Under the pieces are notes generated by a model, which did no database searches, was not told the origin of the DNA, and worked only from the letters and a program-made list of their open reading frames with translations. A stretch of DNA of 28,456 bases from the IMG/VR virus record IMGVR_UViG_3300005524_000111, positions 1 to 28,456 of that record; one strand, 5' to 3'. The first letter of the stretch is position 1, and each line of letters opens with the position of its first letter. Made by a program: the position numbers and the translations under genes. This document shows, one piece after another, positions 16,812 through 24,860 of this stretch. The stretch comes from a virus. Taxonomy: Duplodnaviria > Caudoviricetes.

Positions 16812-17441
16812 TCAGCGCAGGTCTGGCTTCGAGCCGAGGATCTTCTTGTCGACGTAGTGCCCAGTTCCGAGCAACGCGCCGGGCACCGCCAGCGACAGGA
16901 CCCACTCGGGGATCTTGTACGAGTGCTGATAATACATCTGCGATGCACCGTCGATTATCAGGCAAAGCAGGATGGCGGCGGCGCTGCTGTAGCCCGCGAG
17001 TCTGATATGCCTTGGCGTGGCCTCCGCCTGCAGGCGCGCCTGGATCCTTCTCTTGTGCTCTTCGACGTGTCGCGGGCGGTTGCTCAGGCCGCACCGCAGG
17101 ACGAGTTCGACGAGCTCCTGGTCGTGGAACGGTTTCTTCGTGATAAACCCTGCTGCTCCGCTATTCATACACTCTTGCTTTAACTCCTCATTGTGCGATC
17201 CGGTGAGAACGATGACGGGGGTACTGGTCCTTTCGACGATCCGGTGAAGCGTTTCGAGTCCCTGGCTGTCCTTCAGCCCCAGGTCGAGGATGATCACGTC
17301 ATAGCGCTTGTCTCGTAGCTTCGTGAACACATCCGCCACGGAATCGGCTGTGTCGACCTCGAAGCCGTCCTCCTTCCTGAAGAAGAGCTTGACCAGGAGC
17401 GCGAAGGTGTCGCTGTCTTCAGCAGAGAGGATTATTAGCAT
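16812..17441 (-). CDS. Response-regulator receiver domain fused to a two-helix membrane segment (candidate REC-holin)
   Basis: REC residues ~1-117 with E8-D9, D53 (VIILDLGL.DSQGL), T80 (PVIVLTG), K102 (GAAGFITK). Hydrophobic segments at ~148-166 and ~177-197, then a charged tail. Confidence refers to the domain architecture; the holin function is inferred. Confidence 0.85.
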   Translation of the reverse strand: MLIILSAEDSDTFALLVKLFFRKEDGFEVDTADSVADVFTKLRDKRYDVIILDLGLKDSQGLETLHRIVERTSTPVIVLTGSHNEELKQECMNSGAAGFITKKPFHDQELVELVLRCGLSNRPRHVEEHKRRIQARLQAEATPRHIRLAGYSSAAAILLCLIIDGASQMYYQHSYKIPEWVLSLAVPGALLGTGHYVDKKILGSKPDLR

Positions 17442-17734
17442 TACCCGAGGGCCCCGAGCTCCTGGGCGACCTCGGCGACGTCCTTGGCGATCTCAGCCGC
17501 CTCGGCCGCTGCGGCCTCAACGGTGGCGATCTCCGCGGCATCGAATGGGCTGCCGAGCAAGTCGTTCGCCGCGACCAGCAGCTTATTGACCCAGCCGGCG
17601 GGCAGCTTGGCCGCCAGCGGTGCCAGGCGCGTCTCGATCGCCTCGATCTTCGCGATTATCTGCGGGAGCTTCGGATGGTCTTTCAGGAAGGACCGAAAAA
17701 AGGACTTGAGCATGCCTGTGGCGGATAGAAACAT
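17441..17734 (-). CDS. Small Ala-rich helical protein with a cationic amphipathic N-terminus (lysis-cassette accessory?)
   Basis: TAAGGAGG RBS; its TAA overlaps the ATG of the REC gene; MLKSFFRSFLK. Confidence 0.7.
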   Translation of the reverse strand: MFLSATGMLKSFFRSFLKDHPKLPQIIAKIEAIETRLAPLAAKLPAGWVNKLLVAANDLLGSPFDAAEIATVEAAAAEAAEIAKDVAEVAQELGALG

Positions 17735-17743
17735 GGTGCCTCC

Positions 17744-18004
17744 TTAGTTTGAGGGCGGCGCGACGTATGCCGGCTGCCCGCTCGCGTTCAACGGATAGTT
17801 GTCGATGACCTTGTAGGTGTCGGACGGGTCGATCGTCCAGACGAAAGTGGCCGCGCCGGCGGGGAGTCCGGTCGGTGCGGTGTCCGAGACCAGGAGCGTC
17901 GCCGGCGCAGTGCCGGGTGCGGTCGAATAATAGACCAGATACCGCTCGGCGCGGGCCGGCGCGGCGAGCATGATGGCTGCGAGTGAAGAAAGAATTAAAC
18001 GCAT
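17744..18004 (-). CDS. Small secreted protein (Sec signal peptide)
   Basis: GGAGGAG RBS, MRLILSSLAAIMLAAPARA with an A-x-A cleavage site. Confidence 0.7.
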   Translation of the reverse strand: MRLILSSLAAIMLAAPARAERYLVYYSTAPGTAPATLLVSDTAPTGLPAGAATFVWTIDPSDTYKVIDNYPLNASGQPAYVAPPSN

Positions 18005-19347
18005 GGCGGCAGCTCCTCCCAGTCTCCAATGCAATAGCCGGCGGTCGATTCTTGCCCGGCGGAGACGCCCAGGCACATCTGATCGAACGTGCGCTCGTCA
18101 CGGACGACCTGGCGGTCTTCCGCCGTCATCGTGAGCCATCGGTCGTATTGCTCGACCGGCGAGAGCTTGCGTCCCGTTCCGCATTCGATGCCGGTCCGGT
18201 ATTCGCGGAAAGCCGTCGCGAAGCGGGATTGCTCATCGTTGCGCTTGAGGGCGATCATCTGCGCGGCATTCAGGCGCTCGTCCATGCAATACGGCTCGGT
18301 CTCGGTCATCATGCCCAATGCCCGGAGCATTTGGCAATGTGCGACCATGAAGCCGCCGTACTGCGCATGGAGATCAGAGGACCTTTTCAGGGCGATAAAC
18401 GGAACATTGGGGGTCGTGGACAGGTTAATCGTGACGCCCGCGAAGCCAGACTGCGCGGCCAATGTCGCGGAGCCGATAAATCCTGCCGCCCCGCCTGACG
18501 TCGTGATCGTGCCCAACGTGTTCGAGGGAGACTGGACGAGGCAGATGCCTCCGCCTCCGCCTCCGCCAGCTCCGCCCGAGGTGCTGGCCGCGCTGCCGCC
18601 GTTGCCGCCGTTAAGGAGCACGCTCCCGCTATTGGTGATGGACACAGCGCTGTACAATCCGAATGTTCCGCCCGCGCCCCCACCGCCGCCGCCCGCTTGT
18701 CCACCTGCAGCTGGAAGGCCGCCGCCGCCCCGGGATCCCAATGTCCCGCCGATCGAGATGGCGCCTTTCGCGATAAATCGCACGAAGGCCCCGCCGTACC
18801 CTCCGCTCCCGCCGTTGTTGCTAGAGTCGCCCATACCCGCGCTGCCGCCGCTCCCTGCGCCAAGCGCCAGGTTGACGGGTCCCCCTCCCCGCGGAAATAC
18901 GGTCGCGTTGGGGCTTCCGCCGTTGCCGCCGGCGCCCCCGTTACCGCCTCCGGCTCCTCCGAACGTGGACGTACTGATCGCGGAGTCGCCGACGGTAACG
19001 CCGCCGCCCGACGGGCCGCCGCCGCACTGGCTGCACTGGAACGCGCTGGTGCCCCATTTCCCACCCACCCCGCCCGAATAGCCGTTCCCGTCGCCGAGCA
19101 CCGTGCCGCTGATGGTGATCGTTCCCGTGGCGTTCACGACCGTCCCGGTGAACACCGTCCAGGTCGTCGACGCGGACTGGACGAAATTGGTCGAGTTTAT
19201 CTGCCGCGGCGAAGTGTCGGTCACCGCACCGACGGTGACGGCGCTATCGCTGCCGTCGCCGCCGATGCGGGCAGGGTTGGCGACGAGCGCCAGCGCAGGC
19301 CCGGCGCAGAGAATGGTGGCGAGCACTGCCGCGAGAATCTTTGTCAT
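17995..19347 (-). CDS. Glycine-rich tail-fibre/adhesin-like protein with an N-terminal signal peptide
   Basis: MTKILAAVLATILCAGPALA, then GGDGSD...GGAGGGNGGAGGNGG...GGGGGGAGG blocks, and an unrelated ~130-aa charged C-terminal domain. Confidence 0.8.
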   Translation of the reverse strand: MTKILAAVLATILCAGPALALVANPARIGGDGSDSAVTVGAVTDTSPRQINSTNFVQSASTTWTVFTGTVVNATGTITISGTVLGDGNGYSGGVGGKWGTSAFQCSQCGGGPSGGGVTVGDSAISTSTFGGAGGGNGGAGGNGGSPNATVFPRGGGPVNLALGAGSGGSAGMGDSSNNGGSGGYGGAFVRFIAKGAISIGGTLGSRGGGGLPAAGGQAGGGGGGAGGTFGLYSAVSITNSGSVLLNGGNGGSAASTSGGAGGGGGGGICLVQSPSNTLGTITTSGGAAGFIGSATLAAQSGFAGVTINLSTTPNVPFIALKRSSDLHAQYGGFMVAHCQMLRALGMMTETEPYCMDERLNAAQMIALKRNDEQSRFATAFREYRTGIECGTGRKLSPVEQYDRWLTMTAEDRQVVRDERTFDQMCLGVSAGQESTAGYCIGDWEELPPCV

Positions 19348-20240
19348 TACCCTGTCCTCATCCAGTTTGCGCCGTCGCTCGTGAACTCAAAGAAGTCGTT
19401 GACGACGTTCGTGCTGAGACTCGTGCTTCCGTCGCAGTTCTGCCCCGACGTGAACGCGAAAGTAAGCGCGTTGCCGGCAGTCCCCAACTTGACGCGGATC
19501 GATTGACCCGCGCAGCCGACCGCCGTCGGCAAGGTGCACGTTACGGCTCCCCCGGAAGTGTCGACCTTGTAGACGTTGCCGACCGCCGCCGAGAACGACG
19601 CCGTGTGCGAGTTGTATCCCCACGCCGGGGCGTTCGTCGACCACGTCGGCACGCCGCCCGAGAGCGCGAGTACATTGCCATTCGTGCCGCCGCCCGTGTT
19701 CTGGATCGTGGTCCCATCGGTGTAGAGCACCCCTCCGGCGGTAGCGGCGAGGGCGGCGTTCCAGATCCCGAGTCCCAGAAACGAACGGAACGACGTCTTC
19801 TGGTTGCCGTAGCTTCGGAAGATCTCGGTGAACGTGCCGGCGGTCGAGTCGTAGATGTAAAGACAGAACTGCGACGGGTCGGCGAGTACGAAGTCCGCGG
19901 CGTCCATGTTCAGGATCTGCCCGGCTCCGCCGTTCGCGTGGTGCACGGTGATCGGGCCGGTGGCGCTCGCGGGCGTGAGCATTATCACGCGGCCGTCGCC
20001 TACATTCGTTGCGGCAATATTCTTGAGCGTATCCGGACTGCTGGCGACAGACGGGCTGACGACGAACGTGCCTTGCCCTGCCGCGGGCGTGAAGGCGTTG
20101 GCCGAGAGCGTCACCGCCGCCTTGGAAGAACCCCCAAGCATCTCCGCGATGACCTGGCGAACTTGCGCGATCGCGGTCTGATACTGCCCTGTCGTTGTCG
20201 TGGCGCCGTCGAGGACGCCGACCGCCGGTAACGCTGTCAA
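19347..20240 (-). CDS. Tail fibre / receptor-binding-like protein
   Basis: TTG start at 20240 after GGGAG (MTALP...). T/G/S-rich; C-terminal 'VDTSGGAVTCTLPTA...FTSDGANW' module typical of fibres; directly downstream of gpJ. Confidence 0.75.
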   Translation of the reverse strand: MTALPAVGVLDGATTTTGQYQTAIAQVRQVIAEMLGGSSKAAVTLSANAFTPAAGQGTFVVSPSVASSPDTLKNIAATNVGDGRVIMLTPASATGPITVHHANGGAGQILNMDAADFVLADPSQFCLYIYDSTAGTFTEIFRSYGNQKTSFRSFLGLGIWNAALAATAGGVLYTDGTTIQNTGGGTNGNVLALSGGVPTWSTNAPAWGYNSHTASFSAAVGNVYKVDTSGGAVTCTLPTAVGCAGQSIRVKLGTAGNALTFAFTSGQNCDGSTSLSTNVVNDFFEFTSDGANWMRTG

Positions 20241-20313
20241 AAGATAATGCTCCCGCAGCAAGCTGGGAGCTCGGGTATATTTTGCCCCATCCGGGGCGTC
20301 AAGTCAAAGGGAA

Positions 20314-23300
20314 TCAATAGCCCTGGACGAACGCATCTATAGTGGCGCCTACCGCCGAGCCCGTCTTGTCGAAGCACTGCACGAGCGGACCGGAGACGCT
20401 CTTGTCGAGGACCTGGCAGGAAATTGCGGCGGAGCCGACCCCGCCCGAGCCCAGGATCGTCGGGTTGACCGTAGTTATGGACACATATACGTTGGATAGC
20501 GGCAGCCTGCCGCCGGCGGCGGGCACCGAGAAGCCGATCACGTTTTCGGTCTTGTCCGGCACGTCGAGCACGATGTCGAACTTCGATATCTCGCCTTTGG
20601 CCAGGCTGCTCTCGGCTGTCGTCACCTTGAAGCTGTAACGTGTGATGGTGCCGGTCACGTAACCTGGCCACGGAACGTAGGAAGAGTTATCCGTGTAGAA
20701 ACTCGAGCCCGTGTCGGAATTGTAGAAAGGCGTCGACGACGCGAGCGGCCCCTGGGCGTAAAAACAAGACGTGCCGTGCTCCATGTATTCGACCTTGTAG
20801 CTCTCGCCGGTGATCGCCGTGTCAAGAGAGATGCTGAACGGCTGCGGCGTGTCGGCGTCCGGCTCGAACGTCTTCTCGAAGCTCATCTCGAGATAAGTGA
20901 TCGTATAGAAGTCGTTGCTCGGGACCGGGCTGTACATGAGCGCCCCGGTGTCCGCCGTGTAGAATAGGCCGCCGTTGTCGGTCGCGGAGATTATGCCGCC
21001 CGAGACCGTCCCGTTCGTGATCGTGCCGTCGGAGTACGCAGGGCCCGAAGAAATGGTGTCGATCACATTCTCGACCGGCGCGTCGCCCAGGTTGCGGATG
21101 ATATAAGCTGGATTGCCGCTCGACTCGTTGCCGCTCGTGTCGACCGCCTTGACCATGACAGTCACGATGCCGAGTGGCATGTTCTTCATGTCCCATTGCG
21201 TCGCAGTGATCAAGTCGGCGGCAACGTGGCCGCCGTCCCAGTTGACGCCGGCGCCCTGCAGGTACTTCACGCGAAAGCCTGCCAGGTCTGGCGGCACGGG
21301 CTGCCCGAGCGCGGTCTCCGAATATTGCCAGTAGACGCTCGTCGGGTTGCCTTTCGTATCGAAAAGCATGTTGATCCCGACTGGCACGGGCGGCGGCGTG
21401 GTCTTCCCGATCACGAGGATGCCGTCAGCCTCGACCCAGTCCGACGTGAAGCCATCTGCGTCGAGGCTGCGGACCTGGACGTCGTAGGTGAGCATGTCAC
21501 TGACGCCGGTGATGTAGACTGCCCCGGTGGTGACGGGTGTGTCGTGCACGGGTCCCCAGAGACTCGAGCCGGTGCGCCGCGATCGGGCCTCGAAATATTT
21601 GACACTCGCCGGCGGTGGGTCCATGACGAGCTGGATGCGGCTCTGAAGCGAGCCGTCCGGGTCGCGGAAGAGGACGAGCTCGTCTGTCCGGATGTTGTTA
21701 ATGGACGGCGCGGGCAGTGTCTTCTGCTGAAAGACCGGCTGTGTGATGTTGCTCACGAAGTCGGGGATCGTCCCGCTGTCCGCCGCGTATACGTCCGGGC
21801 TATAGTCGATGGCGGTGATAAGGGCAGCGAGGTCCTCGTGCGGCTCGATGGCCGAGACGAGGAGCAGCTGCTCTTTGCCCGTCTCGAAGACGAGCACCAG
21901 GTCGCCGTTATGCGGCGCGCTTGCCGGGTCGAGCGGCGTCTGGAAAGTAAGCGTGCGTCCGGTGCCTCCGAGCGTCAGCGCCGCGCTCACGGTGTCGCCG
22001 AAGTAAGAGCGGATCCTGACCGAATAGCTCTTGTTCGCGTCGAGTGCGATCTCGTTATCGAGGGTGACCGCTAACACATTGTTTGACGCGTCGAGGATGA
22101 CGTCTGTTATCCGTCCCGCACCGGCACCCCAGAGCATCGTGTCGGTCGTCATGGAGATCAGGTCGCCGCGGGTGACCGCCAGGTTCTCGACGTCCGTGGT
22201 GAACTGATAGACGTACGGCCTGAGGCGTCTGCACGCCAGATGATACCGGCCGAGCTTCCAGGCTTGCGCGTGGCTCGTTACACCGGGCAGATCGAGCGAC
22301 TCGAACTTCGTGGCCGTGCTCGCGTCGTAGCCGTCATCGTAGACGACGATCGTGTCCTGCTGGTATGACGTGTCGGCATTGACGAAATTGACCTTCAGCG
22401 CATGCACGGGATAAGGGAACTGCTTCGTGAACCGGAACCCGGACGAGTTGAGTGGCGTAAAGCATTGCGCGACAGTGTCGCGCGGCTTGTCGACGATGAC
22501 CGTGAAGACGCCGTCCCGGATCGCCCAGGTCGCGCGCCCAGCGGCTGTGACTTCCTTGACGGCGTCCAGGACGGTGACGGATTGATCGTAGATCTTGTTG
22601 AACGTGAAGCCGCTGGCATCGCAGAAGTTTGCCCAGTCGAGGAACGCGGCCAGGTCGAGCGAGCTCGCGCTCACGCATTTGCGGGCGTAATCCGTCTTCA
22701 ATATATCGGCGAGGATCCAGGCGGGATTTTGCGTGTCTGCTGCCGCGGTCCAGCTTGAGCCGTTCCATGCGGGGAGTTGGCTCGTGACATCGCAGCCGAT
22801 CTGCTGGAGCGCGCCGCTTACTACGGAGCTGGGTTTGACCTGCATGGCGATCTGCGCGAGATAGACCGGATTGCCGCTCTGGTCCTTCAGAGACGGCATC
22901 GGGCTCTTGAAATTGATCGCCCTAGACGCTATCCACTGGCAATAGTTGACGGTCGTCGTCCCGTCGCCGTCTCCTGTGACCTTCTCGACCTGGATGTCAT
23001 AGACGCCATTCGGGACTGTCCACTTGACCGTCCTGGTGAGTGACCCGGAGGTCAGGTCAGAGACGGAGACGGCGCCGACGGACGTCCACGCGCCGCTCGA
23101 TCCCGCGAGCCGGTATTTCACGTTGAAGCTCACGGACGCGGCCGCCTGGACGTTCGGCGTGACCGTCGTAACGGACGGCTGCAGGCTGGCGAGCGCGCCG
23201 CCCGGGCCGTACGGGCTCCCCGGCGGCTGCGGGATCTTGTACGTGTTGACGACCGTGGTGACAGTGTAGAGCCCGAGCGGGAACTGGATGTCGATGGAAA

Positions 23301-23991
23301 GCTCGTCGGCCGCACCGATCGCGGTCCGTTGCTGCACTTGCCCACTCGCAAGCGGCAGGATGAAGTCGTCCTCCTGGATGTCTTCCGTGTAGAGCGTGAT
23401 CGGCGCGTCGCTGGCGGTGCCGGCGGAGATCTCGCTGAGAACCGTGCCGGCCGGGTATTGGGCGAGCGGCCTCTGCCCGATCTCGACGTTCTGGATGTTC
23501 AGCGGCCCGGGCCCGAGGCACAGCAGGATAGACCAGATCTGCTCGCCGTTCTGCGTGAACGAGTATGGCGTCGCGCCGTTGCTGGGGTACATACGATATT
23601 TGCCGTATACGCGCGGCACCATCTCGTAGGGCGCGCTGCGGTTCGTGATACCAGTTATCTGCGGGACGAGCGCGTGCGATGGGCCGCCGACCTGCGGCAG
23701 CGGCTGCGGCTGAGTCGTAACGGGCGGTCCAAGCGGCACGGCGGCGAATGGTTGGCTCTGCACGGTGTTGGCCGTGCCCGACCGAGACAAAGCCGCCAGT
23801 CCGAAGGCAGCCCCGATGCCGATAGTCGCGGCCGCGAGCGCGCCGACGACGCTCGTGAACCCGAGGCTCGAGAACAGCGGCGACGTGCCGGCGAAACCGA
23901 CCGGCGGCCCGTTGCCCAGTCCGTAGAACGGTTGCGGCAAGTAGCCGTAAGGCTGGAACGAGCCGGTCGCGGGGTTGAAGGAGAGGCTCAT
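20314..23991 (-). CDS. Tail tip / host-specificity protein J (central fibre) with FN3-like domains
   Basis: VPRVYGKYRMYP, LCLGPGPL, DIQFPLGL, TQNPAW, LPGVTSHAQAWKLGRY, RGDLI, YDVQVRS, GKTTPP, VKAVDTSGNES. Confidence 0.92.
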   Translation of the reverse strand: MSLSFNPATGSFQPYGYLPQPFYGLGNGPPVGFAGTSPLFSSLGFTSVVGALAAATIGIGAAFGLAALSRSGTANTVQSQPFAAVPLGPPVTTQPQPLPQVGGPSHALVPQITGITNRSAPYEMVPRVYGKYRMYPSNGATPYSFTQNGEQIWSILLCLGPGPLNIQNVEIGQRPLAQYPAGTVLSEISAGTASDAPITLYTEDIQEDDFILPLASGQVQQRTAIGAADELSIDIQFPLGLYTVTTVVNTYKIPQPPGSPYGPGGALASLQPSVTTVTPNVQAAASVSFNVKYRLAGSSGAWTSVGAVSVSDLTSGSLTRTVKWTVPNGVYDIQVEKVTGDGDGTTTVNYCQWIASRAINFKSPMPSLKDQSGNPVYLAQIAMQVKPSSVVSGALQQIGCDVTSQLPAWNGSSWTAAADTQNPAWILADILKTDYARKCVSASSLDLAAFLDWANFCDASGFTFNKIYDQSVTVLDAVKEVTAAGRATWAIRDGVFTVIVDKPRDTVAQCFTPLNSSGFRFTKQFPYPVHALKVNFVNADTSYQQDTIVVYDDGYDASTATKFESLDLPGVTSHAQAWKLGRYHLACRRLRPYVYQFTTDVENLAVTRGDLISMTTDTMLWGAGAGRITDVILDASNNVLAVTLDNEIALDANKSYSVRIRSYFGDTVSAALTLGGTGRTLTFQTPLDPASAPHNGDLVLVFETGKEQLLLVSAIEPHEDLAALITAIDYSPDVYAADSGTIPDFVSNITQPVFQQKTLPAPSINNIRTDELVLFRDPDGSLQSRIQLVMDPPPASVKYFEARSRRTGSSLWGPVHDTPVTTGAVYITGVSDMLTYDVQVRSLDADGFTSDWVEADGILVIGKTTPPPVPVGINMLFDTKGNPTSVYWQYSETALGQPVPPDLAGFRVKYLQGAGVNWDGGHVAADLITATQWDMKNMPLGIVTVMVKAVDTSGNESSGNPAYIIRNLGDAPVENVIDTISSGPAYSDGTITNGTVSGGIISATDNGGLFYTADTGALMYSPVPSNDFYTITYLEMSFEKTFEPDADTPQPFSISLDTAITGESYKVEYMEHGTSCFYAQGPLASSTPFYNSDTGSSFYTDNSSYVPWPGYVTGTITRYSFKVTTAESSLAKGEISKFDIVLDVPDKTENVIGFSVPAAGGRLPLSNVYVSITTVNPTILGSGGVGSAAISCQVLDKSVSGPLVQCFDKTGSAVGATIDAFVQGY

Positions 23992-24497
23992 TTAGACACC
24001 CCGGCCGTCGGGTCGGCAGCAAACAGCCCTGGGAAGAGGTCGGGAGTGTAGCTCCAGCCGAGCAGCGGCTCGTTCAAGACCGGCGGTCCGAGCAGCACGA
24101 GCCCGAGGTCCGAGTCCGTCCCGACGACTTGCTGGACGTCAAACGTCATTGGGCCGGCAGTTATCTCGGGATCGTTGATATTGTTCGAGACAGCGACATA
24201 GATCACAGCCTGCGGAGGAGTAATTTGCGCGTTCAGAATGTCTTCGGTGAGCGTCTGGTCTGCATTGTCGATCGACACCTGCAGCTGTCGGAGCTGATCG
24301 TCCGCGTCGTAAGGAAGCGTGATCGACATCCGAGTCGCCTTGTACGTCTGCCCGCTGATCGTGACGTCCGTGCTGTTCTGGACGAGATAATGCGTCTGCG
24401 CGAACTGCACGTGAGAAAGCTCGAGCAGAAGGAGGACGACGTCTGATGTCTCCCTTGCATGAACGGCCTTCTGGGCTATAGCGGTCAGCGTGCGCAC
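23988..24497 (-). CDS. DUF1833-family tail tip protein (gpL-like)
   Basis: ETSDVVLLLLELSH, ITLP, QVSIDN, YTPDLFPGLF; position between distal tail and gpJ. Confidence 0.85.
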   Translation of the reverse strand: MRTLTAIAQKAVHARETSDVVLLLLELSHVQFAQTHYLVQNSTDVTISGQTYKATRMSITLPYDADDQLRQLQVSIDNADQTLTEDILNAQITPPQAVIYVAVSNNINDPEITAGPMTFDVQQVVGTDSDLGLVLLGPPVLNEPLLGWSYTPDLFPGLFAADPTAGVSK

Positions 24498-24860
24498 TTA
24501 GGGCAGAATCTCCAGCGTGTAGGTGAGCAGCCAGTACGTCGTCGACACCGGCGAGAGTTGCGGCATCGCCCGCATGCGCGCGGTGACGTTATTGCCCGTG
24601 TCTGGATCGGCGACGTCGAACGACAGGAAGCCGTTCTGAAGAGTATTCTGCCAGAAGTTGAGGAACGACGCGCGTTGTGCGGCGGTAAGGTACATCTTGC
24701 AGTTGGTGTAGATCGACCACTGCGAGTTGTAGATGAAGCGTGGTCTGACTTTCGCAGGTCCGGCGCCGACTTGCGACTCGATCATCGAAGTCTGCAGCGT
24801 GTTCGTGTATCCGGGCATCGGTCGCTGCGGGATGTCACCTGGCCAGCTGATTCCTGCCAT
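24498..24860 (-). CDS. Distal tail protein (gpM-like)
   Basis: MAGISWP..IP, SQVGAGPAKVRPRF, F.NFW.NTL.NG.LSF, LEILP; ATG overlaps the tape measure stop. Confidence 0.85.
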   Translation of the reverse strand: MAGISWPGDIPQRPMPGYTNTLQTSMIESQVGAGPAKVRPRFIYNSQWSIYTNCKMYLTAAQRASFLNFWQNTLQNGFLSFDVADPDTGNNVTARMRAMPQLSPVSTTYWLLTYTLEILP

